A stretch of DNA of 63,683 nt, counting the filler, from an uncultured bacterium (GTDB lineage: Bacteria; CAYJRR01): the NCBI GenBank assembly GCA_964372275.1. It is 3 parts of 3 records of this genome, joined end to end, with 100 filler letters (N's around TTAATTAATTAA, not from the genome) between each part and the next. Parts side by side here need not be neighbours in the genome. Positions count along the whole stretch, not along the records: positions 23,628 to 46,765 come from CAYJRR010000074.1; positions 46,866 to 63,683 come from CAYJRR010000099.1; 1 more part is not named here. One strand, written 5' to 3'. The notes below the pieces were generated by a model, which did no database searches, was not told where the DNA came from, and saw only the letters and a program-made list of their open reading frames with translations. Below are positions 39,461-50,354 of the stretch, in pieces (position 1 is the first letter of the stretch; every line of letters starts with the position of its first letter). Both the position numbers and the translations under genes were made by a program.

Positions 39461-41542
39461 CTAAAAACCGCGTCCGAGGAAGCTGCCGACGGCGATCACC
39501 GCGCCGGCGACGATGCACGCCCCCGCGAAGAAGAGCTTCATCGGGTAGATCCAGCTCCGCCGCACCTCGCCGCCGACTCGCAACTCGCGCAGCTCGAAGT
39601 AGGGGGCCGGCCCGCGGCGATACCAACCGAGCGCCTCCACCTCGCGTCCGATCAGCCCCGGGACGCGGGTCAAGGCGAACCACCAGTGCAGCACCGCGAA
39701 CGGCGCGCGATAGTCGAGGAACAGGATCCCGGTCTTGTCCTGGAGCACGACGTCTTCGGAGAAGAGGTATCCGGGCTGTCCACGTCCGATCACCTTCCCG
39801 CGCAGGCGCGCCGGGATCCCCCGCACGGGAGAGACCTTCACCCGTTTGAGCAGCGACGCCACCGAGGCCGCCGGGTAGCCGTTCTGCTCGGCGTCGAGGT
39901 GATAGGTGAAGAGCGTGCTGCCGAGCAGACCCAAGCCGAATCCGAGCAGCGCGCTCCCGGGCACGGCGGCCGGCGACAGGAGGGCGAGCGCCGCGAGCGC
40001 CATCCCGCCCGCGAGCACGAGCGGAAGCACCTTGATGAAGAGGTCGACCGCGAACTCGTCCCAGAACGACTCCGGCTGCTTGCGGTCGAAGACCACCAGC
40101 GGGATCTGGCCCTGCTTCAGCGACAGGGCGGCGAGCGCCTGCATCCGGCGCGCGGGAAGGGGATGGGTCGAGTGGAGCTCGAACCACCGGGCCCACGGGT
40201 TCCACAGGTCCCACTGCATCGCCGCCACCAGGTTCTCGCGGCTGAACGCTCCACCGGCGTAGGACGCGGCCGCCAGGTGGCGGGCCGCGCCCGGATCGAA
40301 GATTCCGAACGCCCGCGCCCCCGAGAGGAGGCCCCCTGTCGACTCCGCCGACTCGCCGGCCGCCTTCGCCGGACGCGTCTCGACCAGGCCGTAGGCGATC
40401 TTCACCAGGGCGGACGAGAGCGCGTTGGCGTCGTTCGTCGCCTCGGCGGCGAAGCGGTCGGCGTGGTACTCGCGCGTGCGCGAGAGGAGCAGCACCAGGT
40501 ATTCGGAGACGACGTAGATGAGGTACGCAACGATCGCCGGGAGGACGAGCTGACCGCGATTCTTGCCACGCCCGCGCGACGCCCGGAGGAGCGCGCGGTA
40601 GAGGCCGTAGCAGAGGATCGGGATCGCCCCCGCGAGCGTCATCACCACCGCGTCCCAGTGGACGACGTGGCCGAGCTCGTGCGCCACCACCGCGCGCAGC
40701 TCCCGCTCGTCGAGCAGGTCGATCGTTCCGCGGGTCAGCACCACGCGCGCGTTTCCGGGGTGGTGTCCGTAGGTGAAGGCGTTGGGGGCGCCGTCGTCGA
40801 TCAGCCCGAAACGCGGGATCTTGATCCGGTGTCGCGTGGCCGTCTCCTCCAGGAACGGGCGCAGATGGCGCGGCAGCTCCTGGATCCCCACCCATCGCAT
40901 CCCGTTCATCCAGCGCAGCGACAGGTCGAGCAGGAACGGCCCGATCAGGTACTGGAGGAACAGGAAGCCGAGGGTGAGCGCCACCGCCGCCGAGGGGGCG
41001 AGACCGGCCTGTTCGGCGGCGACGACGAAGGCGAGCCCCACCAGGAAGGCAAGCCCGCCGAACACGGTGACGCTGCGCAGGAACAGATTGGGAATCGACG
41101 GGACCGAGGCCAGGAGCGCCGCCTCTTCGACCGGCGCCGCCTCGTCGGGCGCGCCGCCGTCACCGCCGGCGAACCGGCCGGTGGGTCGCGACCGCTGGCC
41201 GCTGCCGGGATCGAGTGAGACGAGGCTGCGATCGCGAAGGCGGGAGAGCTCCTTGGCATCGAACCAGATCCCCTCGCACGCATCGCATCGGTCGAGACGG
41301 TAGGTCGGATCGAAGAGCCCCCCTTCGGACATCGATCCGCCGCAGCGCGGACAGATCGCCGTCGATCGCTTCGGATCGAGCAGGGGCCCGGCGAGAGCGG
41401 CGGTGACCTCGTTCGGCGAGGCCGAAAAGAAGCCGGCCTCCCCCTTGTCGAGCCAGGTCCCCTTGCACGACGTGCAGAAGTCGACGAGCACTCCTTGGGA
41501 GAGGATCTCGTGCAGCGGCTTCTTGCAGCGCGGGCAGTTCAC
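39461..41542 (-). CDS. HtpX/M48 zinc metalloprotease with two N-terminal TFIIB-type Zn ribbons and C-terminal extension
   Basis: CPRC..DFCTSCKGTWLDKGE, CPRC..DRCDACEGIWFDAKE; PNAFTYG, AHELGH, SRTREYHAD, STHP. Confidence 0.88.
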   Translation of the reverse strand: MNCPRCKKPLHEILSQGVLVDFCTSCKGTWLDKGEAGFFSASPNEVTAALAGPLLDPKRSTAICPRCGGSMSEGGLFDPTYRLDRCDACEGIWFDAKELSRLRDRSLVSLDPGSGQRSRPTGRFAGGDGGAPDEAAPVEEAALLASVPSIPNLFLRSVTVFGGLAFLVGLAFVVAAEQAGLAPSAAVALTLGFLFLQYLIGPFLLDLSLRWMNGMRWVGIQELPRHLRPFLEETATRHRIKIPRFGLIDDGAPNAFTYGHHPGNARVVLTRGTIDLLDERELRAVVAHELGHVVHWDAVVMTLAGAIPILCYGLYRALLRASRGRGKNRGQLVLPAIVAYLIYVVSEYLVLLLSRTREYHADRFAAEATNDANALSSALVKIAYGLVETRPAKAAGESAESTGGLLSGARAFGIFDPGAARHLAAASYAGGAFSRENLVAAMQWDLWNPWARWFELHSTHPLPARRMQALAALSLKQGQIPLVVFDRKQPESFWDEFAVDLFIKVLPLVLAGGMALAALALLSPAAVPGSALLGFGLGLLGSTLFTYHLDAEQNGYPAASVASLLKRVKVSPVRGIPARLRGKVIGRGQPGYLFSEDVVLQDKTGILFLDYRAPFAVLHWWFALTRVPGLIGREVEALGWYRRGPAPYFELRELRVGGEVRRSWIYPMKLFFAGACIVAGAVIAVGSFLGRGF

Positions 41543-41549
41543 GTCGCCA

Positions 41550-42770
41550 TCATACGACGGTTGCGGCCGGTGCCCGCGGGGCGGGAGGGATCGCCAGCGC
41601 GACCAGCGCCGGAACGACCGAGAAGCCGGCGGCGGCCAGGAAGAGGGACGGTCCTCGGTCGAGCGCGTAGAGCGGACCGGCCGCCAGGTTCCCGAGGAAG
41701 GTCCCCAGCCCCATGGCGACGCTTCCGATCAGCGCCTGGGCGGTGGCGCGCAGCTCCGGCGGCGTTCGCCGTACGATCGCGTCGACGAGCGAGACGTAGA
41801 AGGCGCCGTAGCTCATCCCGTGGAGCGCCTGCGCGGCGACGATCCACGCCGGTCCGCCGTACGCCGTGAGGCTCCAGCGGATCGTTCCGAGCGCCGCCGA
41901 GGCCGCCATCACGTGGCGCGGGGCGATCCGCGCCAGCCAGCGGGGGGCGGTCGCCATCACCACGATCTCGGTGGCGACCGCGATCGCGATCGAGAGTCCG
42001 ATCGTCAGCGGACCGCCGCCGCGATGCTCGACGTGGGCGCCGAAGAAGTTGTGGTAGGGGCTCAAGGTGATCCACTGCAGGCAGCCGGTGGCGAGCACGA
42101 GCGCGACGCCGGGGGACCGGAAGAGCCGTGCGGCGTCGGAGCACCGCGGAGGCGCGGGGGCCGCGGAACGCCCTCCGACCGGGGCGAGGAAGGCAAACGG
42201 CGCGGCGGCCACGGCGAGCCACGCGACCATCACGATCGCCGCATGCGACGAACGGGCGGGATCGCTGCCCGCCATGGCGAGCCCGAACAGGAGGGAGGTC
42301 GAGGCGAAGCCGATCGAGCCGAACAGGCGGCTTCGGCCGAACGCCGAGGGCCCCCCGAGCGCCGAGCGCGCCGGCTCGCGCTCGAGAAGCGAGACGGTCG
42401 ACGCGTCGGCGAGGCCGGCGATCGGACCGTGGGTCAACGCCAGCAGCACGAACGCCACCGCGAGCCATCCGGTCGAGGGCGGGAGGAAGAACAGCGCCGG
42501 AACGGCGGCGCCGAGGGTGGCGACGACGCGCAGCACCCGCCCGATCCCGACCCGGTCGGCCGCCACGCCGACGAACGGCTGCCAGACGAGGTAGACCAGG
42601 TTCCGACCGGCGAGCAAGAGCCCGATCGTTCCGCCCCCGACGCCGCGAGACTCCAGGAACGGCGTGAGGTACGGGACGCCCAGGCCCCCGCCGGCGAAGT
42701 GGAGGAAGTAGAGGGCGCGCAGTCCGATGAGGGCGCGGCGCGCGGCGGGGATCGGAGGGCCGTCGGCCAT
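41550..42770 (-). CDS. MFS transporter (MFS_1-like/HcaT-type)
   Basis: About 12 TMs; PYLTPFL, GVAADR, FGRSRLFGSIGF, AQALHG. Confidence 0.9.
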   Translation of the reverse strand: MADGPPIPAARRALIGLRALYFLHFAGGGLGVPYLTPFLESRGVGGGTIGLLLAGRNLVYLVWQPFVGVAADRVGIGRVLRVVATLGAAVPALFFLPPSTGWLAVAFVLLALTHGPIAGLADASTVSLLEREPARSALGGPSAFGRSRLFGSIGFASTSLLFGLAMAGSDPARSSHAAIVMVAWLAVAAAPFAFLAPVGGRSAAPAPPRCSDAARLFRSPGVALVLATGCLQWITLSPYHNFFGAHVEHRGGGPLTIGLSIAIAVATEIVVMATAPRWLARIAPRHVMAASAALGTIRWSLTAYGGPAWIVAAQALHGMSYGAFYVSLVDAIVRRTPPELRATAQALIGSVAMGLGTFLGNLAAGPLYALDRGPSLFLAAAGFSVVPALVALAIPPAPRAPAATVV

Positions 42771-42816
42771 GGAACTGCCTTGACGTCGCACGCCGGGGCG
42801 GCGGCGATCTCGGGGC

Positions 42817-43695
42817 TCACCACTCGAAGGTGGTGTTCGTGGGGGTCTCCTTGACCACGGTTTCGGGTTCGCGCGAGGTCGCGACGACCGTCCCCACCAC
42901 GACCGTCGCGGCGACGGCGCCGACCGCCCCCCAGAACAGCGGCCGGCGGTAGATCGGGCGCGGCGGCGCGCGTTCGGGCGGCGCCGCCGGGTTCCGGCGC
43001 GCGAGAGGCTTCAGGCGGACCGGAATCCGGTGCCGGCCGCCGGGCTGCACCTCGACCACCTGCAGGAACTCCACGAACCCCGGCTTCCGCACCATCAGGC
43101 TGTGCTTCCCTTCGGCGACCTTCAGCGGTTCGCGCAACGGCGTCGTCCCCACCCGCGAGCCGTCGAGGAGGATCTCCGCCCCCGCGATCTCGCAGCTCAC
43201 CAGCACCGCGCCGCCGGTCTCGAACAGCAAGCGGGCGGCGTTCCGCATCGCGCGCACCGCTTCGGTCTCGCTCCCGGTCACGGTGGTGCTGAACGGCCCG
43301 CGCACCGTCGCGCGCCTCCCGACGTCGACCATTCGGACCACCAGCCGGTGCTCGTCGCCGATCTTGGAGACGCCTCCGAGCACCAGGAACGAGAGCCCGA
43401 TCTTCCGTCCCACGTCGGCCAGGCACCCGTCGTCCTCGCACCGGTCGCGCGCGTCGGCGGTGGCCACGCCCAGCTTCAGGTCCGCCTCGCGGAGGTCGAC
43501 GGCGATGCCGTACCCCTGTCCGGCGATCTCGGCGGACAGCACGTTCCGCAGCATCGTCGCCATCGGACCGCCTTCCCCGAGGGTGGTGAACGGGAGCACC
43601 AGCACCCGCGGGGGGGACGGAGCCGGCGGCGCCTGCGCCGATGCGCGGCCGGCGAGGAGCCCCATCGTCGCGAGGAGGGCGATCGGCCGGATCAT
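42817..43695 (-). CDS. PEGA domain-containing secreted protein
   Basis: Signal peptide; C..DGCLADVG; GAEILLDGSRVGTTPL..GKHSLMVRKPGF; IYRRPLFW. Confidence 0.8.
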   Translation of the reverse strand: MIRPIALLATMGLLAGRASAQAPPAPSPPRVLVLPFTTLGEGGPMATMLRNVLSAEIAGQGYGIAVDLREADLKLGVATADARDRCEDDGCLADVGRKIGLSFLVLGGVSKIGDEHRLVVRMVDVGRRATVRGPFSTTVTGSETEAVRAMRNAARLLFETGGAVLVSCEIAGAEILLDGSRVGTTPLREPLKVAEGKHSLMVRKPGFVEFLQVVEVQPGGRHRIPVRLKPLARRNPAAPPERAPPRPIYRRPLFWGAVGAVAATVVVGTVVATSREPETVVKETPTNTTFEW

Positions 43696-43807
43696 CGATT
43701 CCCGAAGGCGAGCGTACGACCGGCGCCGGCCCCTTGTCACGCCGAGGATTCGAGCGGACGCGCATCGCTTGGCGTTTTTGCCGGACCGGAGTACACCCTC
43801 CCGCGCC

Positions 43808-46765
43808 ATGTCGACCGACGGATTCGAGCGAACGGTACGCGCCCTGGGGGAACAGATCTTCGCGGCGATGGAGGGGAAGAGCCCCTCCGTCTTCGACAAG
43901 GAGTGGTGGTCGGGAAAGATCATGGAATGGTCGATGAAGGACGAGGCGTTCAAGGTCGACATGTTCCGCTTCGTCGACGTCCTTCCGGTGCTCAAGACCC
44001 CCGACCAGGTGGCGCAGCACCTGCGCGAGTACTTCAACCGCCCCGGCCAGGAGACGCCGGCGTTCGTGAAGGCGGCGGTCACCGCCGCGGGGATGGGCTC
44101 GATCGCGGGACGGATCGCCGCGTCGACGATCAAGAAGAACGTCACCGAGATGGCGGAGCGGTTCATCGTCGGCACCACCGGCAAGGAGGCGATCCCGACG
44201 CTCGAGGGCCTGCGCAAGGAGAAGGTGGCGTTCACCGTCGACCTCCTCGGCGAGGCGACCGTCTCGGAGGAGGAGGCGCTCGCCTACCAGGCGCGTTATC
44301 TGGAGATCCTCGACAGCCTGGTGGCGGAGGCTGGGCGGTGGAGTCCGGTGCCGCAGATCGACGAAGGGTCCGACGGCGACGTCCCGCGGGTGAACGTGTC
44401 GGTGAAGATCACCGCGCTCTACTCGCAGATCGATCCGATCGACTGGGACGGCTCCGTCCGGCAGGTGAAGGAACGGCTGCGTCCGATCTTCCGCAGGGCG
44501 AAGTCGGCGCGGGCCTTCGTCAACGTCGACATGGAGCAGTACCGGTTCAAGGACCTGACCTACGCCGTCTTCCGCAGCCTGCTCGAGGAACCGGAGTTCG
44601 CGGACTACCCGCACGCCGGGATCGTGGTCCAGGCCTACCTGCGCGATTCGGAGAAGGACGCGGCGGAGCTGATCGAGTGGTCGGGACGGCGGCCGCGTCC
44701 GATCACCGTGCGCCTGGTGAAAGGGGCGTACTGGGACTACGAGACGGTCCTCGCCGAGCAGCGCGGCTGGCCCTGTCCGGTCTTCTCGGAGAAGTGGGAG
44801 ACCGACGCCAACTTCGAGAAGGTGGCGACGCTTCTCCTCGAGAACCGCGCCCGGATCCGGCTGGCGGTCGGCTCGCACAACATCCGCAGCATCGCCCACG
44901 CCATGGCGACGGCGCGGCGCCTCGACGTTCCCCCGCGCCAGGTCGAGTACCAGATGCTCTACGGGATGGCCGAGCCGGTGCGCGCCGCGTTGGTCAAGCT
45001 GGGGGAGCGGGTGCGGGTCTACGCGCCGGTCGGGGAGCTCCTTCCCGGCATGGCCTACCTGGTGCGACGCCTGCTGGAGAACACCTCGAACGAGTCGTTC
45101 CTGCGGAGGGGGTTCGCGGAAGGGGTATCCCACGACGTGCTGCTGGCGCCACCCTCGGCGAACGGATCCGGTCGGATCGGATCGGATTCGGTACCCGGTA
45201 CCGATACCGATCGGAATCGGACCGATCGGATCCGATCGGACGCGGGCGGGATTCCGCCCTTCCTGAACGAACCGCACGCCGACTTCTCGCGACGCGAGAA
45301 CCGCGAGTCGATGTCGAGGGCGCTCTCCGCCGTGCGCAAGGAGTTCGGTCGGACGTGGCCCCTCTACCTGGGAGGCAAGGAGGTCCGCACCGACCGGGTC
45401 GTCGACTCCCTGAACCCGGCGAATCCGTCGGAGGTCGTCGGCCGCGTCTGTCAGGCGGGCCGGGCCGAAGCGGAGAAGGCGATGCAGGCGGCCCAGGCGG
45501 CGTTCCCGGCGTGGCGCGATACGCCGGTCTCCGTCCGCGCCGACTACCTGATGAAGATGGCGGCGGAGATGCGGCGGCGGAAGTGGGAGCTTTCGGCGAC
45601 GATGGTCTTCGAAGAGGGGAAGACCTGGCGCGAAGCCGATGCCGACACCGCCGAGGCGATCGACTTCTGCGAGTACTACGCGCGGGAGATGCTGCGCCTC
45701 GGGCGCGCGAGAAACCCGCGGCGTCTGGGGGCCGTGCCGGGGGAGGCGAACGAGCTGTTCTACCAGGGCCGAGGGGTCGGGATCGTCATCTCGCCCTGGA
45801 ACTTCCCGCTGGCGATCCTCACCGGGATGGCGGTGGCCGGGATCGTGGCCGGGAACACGGTGATCGTGAAGCCCGCGGAGCCGGCGATGGTCATCGCCGG
45901 CCTGTTGAACGAGGTGTTCAAGGCGGTGAAGCTGCCGCCCGGCGTCGCCAACTTCTGCCCCGGGAAGGGATCGGAGATCGGGCAGTTCCTGGTGGAGCAC
46001 CCGGACACCGCCTTCATCGCCTTCACCGGATCGAAGGAGGTGGGCCTTGGCATTCTGCAGGCCGCCGCGGTGCGGCGCCCCGGGCAGCGGCAGGTGAAGC
46101 GCGTCATCTGCGAGATGGGCGGGAAGAACGCCGTCATCGTCGACAACGACGCCGATCTGGACGAGGCGGTGCTGGGGGTCGTGCAGTCGGCGTTCGGCTA
46201 CCAGGGGCAGAAGTGCTCCGCCTGCTCGCGGGTGGTGGTGCTGGAGGAGAACTACGACGAATTCGTTCATCGCCTCGTCGAGGCGGTGAAGTCGCTGGAG
46301 ATCGGCCCGCCGGAGAGCCCCGCCTACGCGGTCGGCCCCGTCGTCGACGCCAAGAGCCAGCGGAAGATCCTGGAATACGTCGAGATCGCCAAACGCGAGG
46401 GGAAGATCGCCGTCTCCCGCGAGATCCCCGCCGACCGGGCGAACGGCGGCTACTACGTCGGCCCGACGGTGGTGGTCGACCTGAAACCCGAGTCGACGAT
46501 CGCCTGCGAGGAGATCTTCGGGCCGGTCCTGGCCGTCCTCCGGGCGAAGTCGTTCGACGAGGCGCTGCAGATTGCGACCGGCGTCGAGTTCGCCCTGACC
46601 GGCGGCGTCTTCAGCCGCTCCCCCGAGAACATCGCCAAGGCGCGCCGCGAGTTCCGCGTCGGCAACCTCTACATCAATCGCGGCATCACCGGCGCCCTGG
46701 TCGAGCGGCAGCCGTTCGGCGGATTCCTGATGTCGGGGGTCGGCAGCAAGGCCGGAGGCCCCGAC
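43808..46765 (+). CDS. putA: Bifunctional proline dehydrogenase / P5C dehydrogenase; 3'-truncated
   Basis: FRFVDVLP, VDLLGE, NVDME, VRLVKGAYWD, AYLVRRLLEN; ISPWNFP, FTGS, EMGGKN, GQKCSA, EEIFGP. Confidence 0.97.
45163..45240. repeat. GGATC/CCGAT-rich element in frame within the putA linker
   Basis: cggatccggtcggatcggatcggattcggtacccggtaccgataccgatcggaatcggaccgatcggatccgatcgga. Confidence 0.75.
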
Positions 46766-46865
46766 NNNNNNNNNNNNNNNNNNNNNNNNNNNNNNNNNNN
46801 NNNNNNNNNTTAATTAATTAANNNNNNNNNNNNNNNNNNNNNNNNNNNNNNNNNNNNNNNNNNNN
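46766..46865. other. Artificial contig spacer
   Basis: N-run, TTAATTAATTAA, N-run. Confidence 0.99.
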
Positions 46866-47678
46866 GAGAGCGAGCTGTTCGGCCACGAAAAGGGCTCGTT
46901 CACCGGCGCCAACGAACAGCGCAAGGGGGCTTTCGAGCTCGCGAACGGGGGCTCGATCTTCCTCGACGAGCTGGGCGAGCTGCCGATCGACCTGCAGCCG
47001 AAGCTGCTCCGCGCGCTCGAGAACCGCGAGATCCGCCGCATCGGCAGCGCCCACCCGATCAACCTCGACGTGCGGGTGATCGCCGCGACCAACCGGGTGC
47101 TGATGGAGATGGTCTCGCAGAACACGTTTCGCGAGGACCTCTTCTTCCGCCTCGCCGTCGCGAAGGTGCGGATCCCGCCGCTGCGGGAGCGCAAGGAGGA
47201 CATCCCGATCCTGGTCGAGACGTTCCTCGCCAGCATGGCGATGGAGGCGGCCGAGGACCTGGAAGGGACGCCTCGGGCCTTCGAGGTGACCGAGCGCGCG
47301 ATCCAGGCGCTGATGGCCTACCACTGGCCGGGGAACGTCCGCGAGCTGCGGAACGTGGTCGAACGCGCCATCTTCCTCTCGGACGACGGGCAGGTCGACC
47401 TCACCGACATCATGCTCGACCCGCGGGCGGCGGGGGGCGGAGGCGCGGCGCCGTCGCAGTACGACCTGGAGGCGCCGTTCAAGGACGCCAAGAACAAGAT
47501 CGTGGAGTCGTTCGAGCGCGCCTACTTGCGCAACCTGCTGACCCGCAACAAGGGGAACATCTCGCGCTCGGCGCGGGAGGCGGAGATCGAGCGGAAGTAC
47601 CTCAAGGACCTGATGAAGAAGCACGGGCTCCGAACCCCGTCGTCCGCCGACGCGGAAAGCGAAGCCGATCCGGAATAG
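46866..47678 (+). CDS. Sigma-54-dependent enhancer-binding protein; 5'-truncated
   Basis: [44 protein letters not shown], Fis HTH. Confidence 0.94.
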   Translation, partial: ESELFGHEKGSFTGANEQRKGAFELANGGSIFLDELGELPIDLQPKLLRALENREIRRIGSAHPINLDVRVIAATNRVLMEMVSQNTFREDLFFRLAVAKVRIPPLRERKEDIPILVETFLASMAMEAAEDLEGTPRAFEVTERAIQALMAYHWPGNVRELRNVVERAIFLSDDGQVDLTDIMLDPRAAGGGGAAPSQYDLEAPFKDAKNKIVESFERAYLRNLLTRNKGNISRSAREAEIERKYLKDLMKKHGLRTPSSADAESEADPE

Positions 47679-47685
47679 TCGTCGC

Positions 47686-50283
47686 CTAGGCGCGCCAGAC
47701 CAGCCCCCGTTCTCCGTCGACGGTGACCCGCTCCCCATCGCGGAAGACCGTCATCGCATCTTCGACGTTGGCCACGGCGGGAAGTCCGTATTCGCGCGCC
47801 ACCACGGCGCCGTGGGAGAGCAGCCCGCCGAGCTCGGTGACGAGCCCCCCGGCGGCGCCGAAGTAGGCGGTCCACCCGGGCTCGGTCGCCTTCACCACCA
47901 GCACCTCCCCCTTGCGGAGGGCGGCGACGTCGGCAAGGGTGCGCGCGATGCGCACCGGACCGGTGTGCCGCCCGGGGCTGATGCCGACGCCGCGATGGAC
48001 CCCGATCGCGCGGTCCCCCCCGCCGTCGCCGCCGGCGAGATCGTGGAGAAACGTCGGGGTCCAGGCGAGCCGGTTCCGCTCGCGCTCCCGCGCGCGCTCC
48101 GCGACGCGGCGGCGCGCCTCCGGGGCGGGGAGCGTGCCACGGACGATCGCGGCGAGCTCGTCGATCGAGAGGTGGACGACGTCGCCGGCCTCGAGCAGCA
48201 CCCCGGTCCGCTCCAGGCGACCGCCGGCGGCGAAGCAGGCCTCGCGGATCGCGAGCATCAGCCGGTCGAACACGAACCTCTGGTTCTCGCGCAAGTGCGA
48301 GAAGACGCGCGCCCGGCCGAGAAGCCAGCGCAGCAGCGGCCGCGCCGCCGGCGCGACCCGCCCGTCCAGCGCCCGCTCGGCCTGTTCGCGCGCGGCATCG
48401 GTCCGGCGTGCGGCGTGCCCGCCTTCGGCGCGGAGCAGCGCGCGCACCATCTCCAGCACGAGCTCCGGCTCGTCGCGCCAGCGCCGGCTGAACACCTCCC
48501 AGGTGGCGCGAGAGCGGTGGCCGTACCGCCCGAGCAGCGCGGCGAGCCCGGCGCGCAGGCGGTCCGCCGCCGGGCCGGTCGTGTCGGCGAGCCGCCGCAG
48601 GGCGGCCAACCCGTCCGGCGCCTCCCGCAGGCACGTCGCCAGCGACGCGTCGGCGGCGGCGATCTCCGCCAGCGCGCGGACCGCCGCATTCGTCTCCATG
48701 GTTCGGTTCTCGTGCTCCCCTCCCACGACGAGCGCCGCGCGGGCCCGCAGCGCCGCGGGCCCGCCGAACCGTTCGAGCGCGTTCCCGAGCGCCTGATAAA
48801 AGAGGTTGGCCCAGAGCAGGCTCCAGACGTGGACGCCGACGTAGCGGTCGAGCCAGCCGCGTAACCGCTCGATCTCCTTCATCGCCGCGCGCGCGTCGGC
48901 CGGCGTGCGCCCGGAGGCGAGCGCCGCCTCGATCCCCGCCGCGAGCCGGTCCCAGTCGCGCGGGTTCGTGAACCACGCCCAGCGGTGGCCTCGCCAGCGT
49001 CCGCGGAGCAGCGCCTCCGCAAGGATCCGTAGGACGAGCCCCGGCGTGGGGAAGATCCAACGCCGGCGGCGCAGCTCCTCGGCCTCGTCCGACGGGAACA
49101 GCTCGAGCACGAACTCCGGCGTGGGGGTCCAGGGCGTCCGGAGGAGGAGATGACGAAAGATCGTGACGTTGAAGTAGGGGATGCCGGCGTGGAGTCGCGC
49201 GGGCCCGGTGCCGCCGAGATACCTTCTCGAAGCCCACTCCCAGTGCGTGTAGCGGCGAAGGGCCGGTTCGACGATCGACCAGCCGAGCGTCGTCGCCGGC
49301 TCGGTCCAGCGCTCACCGGAAAAGCGCTGCGTCCAGAGGATCTCCGCTCGGCGGCGCGCGTTGCGCGCCACCGGGGTGATCGGCCGGAGCTGCACCAGGT
49401 GGAAGCCGTCGACACCGTCGACTCGGTCGGCGGCGCGCACCCATTCGACGTCGGCGGGGCGGCCGAGCGCGCGCTCGGCGCGGAGGGCGAGCCCCCCGAG
49501 CCGCTCGAGGCTGGCGGCATCGAGGGACGTCGCCGATCCTGCGGGCGGCGCGTCCGCCATACGCGGATTCGCGCCGTCTCCGTCGCCGCCGTCGTCGACC
49601 TCGAGCTCGAAGCGGTCGACGCGCGCCCCCCCGTCGGCGACCGCGCTGCCAGGACCCGGAAAGGCCTCGATCACGATCCGGCGCTCCCTGGATCGGTGCG
49701 CCGGACGCCCGCGCCACCCGGGAGCGAACGGATCGTCGGTGAAGATCACGCCGGCCGATTCGGCCGCGATCTGTCGCTGCACCACCACCGCTCCGCCGGC
49801 GGGGAACGGGACCCCCCCCGTCCGCGCGCGGTAGACGGCCGCCCGGTGGCCGTGAAGGCTTTTCCAACAGCGGCGGATCGCCGCCAGCACCTCGTCCGGC
49901 CCGCGCGCCCCCAACACGGTGGCGTGTTGTCCGGCGGCGCTGCGGGTGAGCCCGTCCTCGTCTTCGGCCGACGACCGCACCGCGACCGGACCGTCGCCGA
50001 GCGCGCGCAGACGCGCGCGCACCTCCTCGTCGAGTCCGGCCGGGAACGGCGCGGCGAGCAGGAGCGCTCCACGGCGCGCGGCCTCGGCGCGCGCCCATTC
50101 GTCGCTCCACACGGCCGGCAGCGGAGGTGTCTCGCCCAGCGCGTGCGTCATCGCCGCCGACCGGACGACGAATCCCGGTGGCACGGGGAGCCCGGCCTCC
50201 ACGAGGAGCGCCAGGCCGACCCCTTTCCCGCCCGCTTCGGTCCGGTTGCGGGCGAGCGGGTGGTCGATGTCGAAGGTCCACAT
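47686..50283 (-). CDS. PEP synthase/rifampicin-phosphotransferase-like enzyme (ATP-grasp + helical substrate domain + C-terminal His-swivel)
   Basis: GGKG, VPPGF, AVRSSAEDED..SAAGQ, DVEW, QLRPIT; C-terminal GGLLSHGAVVAREYGLPAV..VDG. Confidence 0.88.
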   Translation of the reverse strand: MWTFDIDHPLARNRTEAGGKGVGLALLVEAGLPVPPGFVVRSAAMTHALGETPPLPAVWSDEWARAEAARRGALLLAAPFPAGLDEEVRARLRALGDGPVAVRSSAEDEDGLTRSAAGQHATVLGARGPDEVLAAIRRCWKSLHGHRAAVYRARTGGVPFPAGGAVVVQRQIAAESAGVIFTDDPFAPGWRGRPAHRSRERRIVIEAFPGPGSAVADGGARVDRFELEVDDGGDGDGANPRMADAPPAGSATSLDAASLERLGGLALRAERALGRPADVEWVRAADRVDGVDGFHLVQLRPITPVARNARRRAEILWTQRFSGERWTEPATTLGWSIVEPALRRYTHWEWASRRYLGGTGPARLHAGIPYFNVTIFRHLLLRTPWTPTPEFVLELFPSDEAEELRRRRWIFPTPGLVLRILAEALLRGRWRGHRWAWFTNPRDWDRLAAGIEAALASGRTPADARAAMKEIERLRGWLDRYVGVHVWSLLWANLFYQALGNALERFGGPAALRARAALVVGGEHENRTMETNAAVRALAEIAAADASLATCLREAPDGLAALRRLADTTGPAADRLRAGLAALLGRYGHRSRATWEVFSRRWRDEPELVLEMVRALLRAEGGHAARRTDAAREQAERALDGRVAPAARPLLRWLLGRARVFSHLRENQRFVFDRLMLAIREACFAAGGRLERTGVLLEAGDVVHLSIDELAAIVRGTLPAPEARRRVAERARERERNRLAWTPTFLHDLAGGDGGGDRAIGVHRGVGISPGRHTGPVRIARTLADVAALRKGEVLVVKATEPGWTAYFGAAGGLVTELGGLLSHGAVVAREYGLPAVANVEDAMTVFRDGERVTVDGERGLVWRA

Positions 50284-50354
50284 GCCGAGGGGACTCTAGC
50301 GAGGCGGCGCACCCGGAGAAAGCAGCGTCCTTCGTTCCGCCACGAGCACCCAGT

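Noticed and set aside
46866-46915. GSFTGA instead of GAFTGA in the enhancer-binding protein
   Set aside because: Common natural variant; not notable
47686-50283. Calling this gene ppsA or a rifampicin resistance gene (rph)
   Set aside because: Lacks the PEP-binding barrel of PpsA; rifamycin specificity cannot be supported from motifs alone
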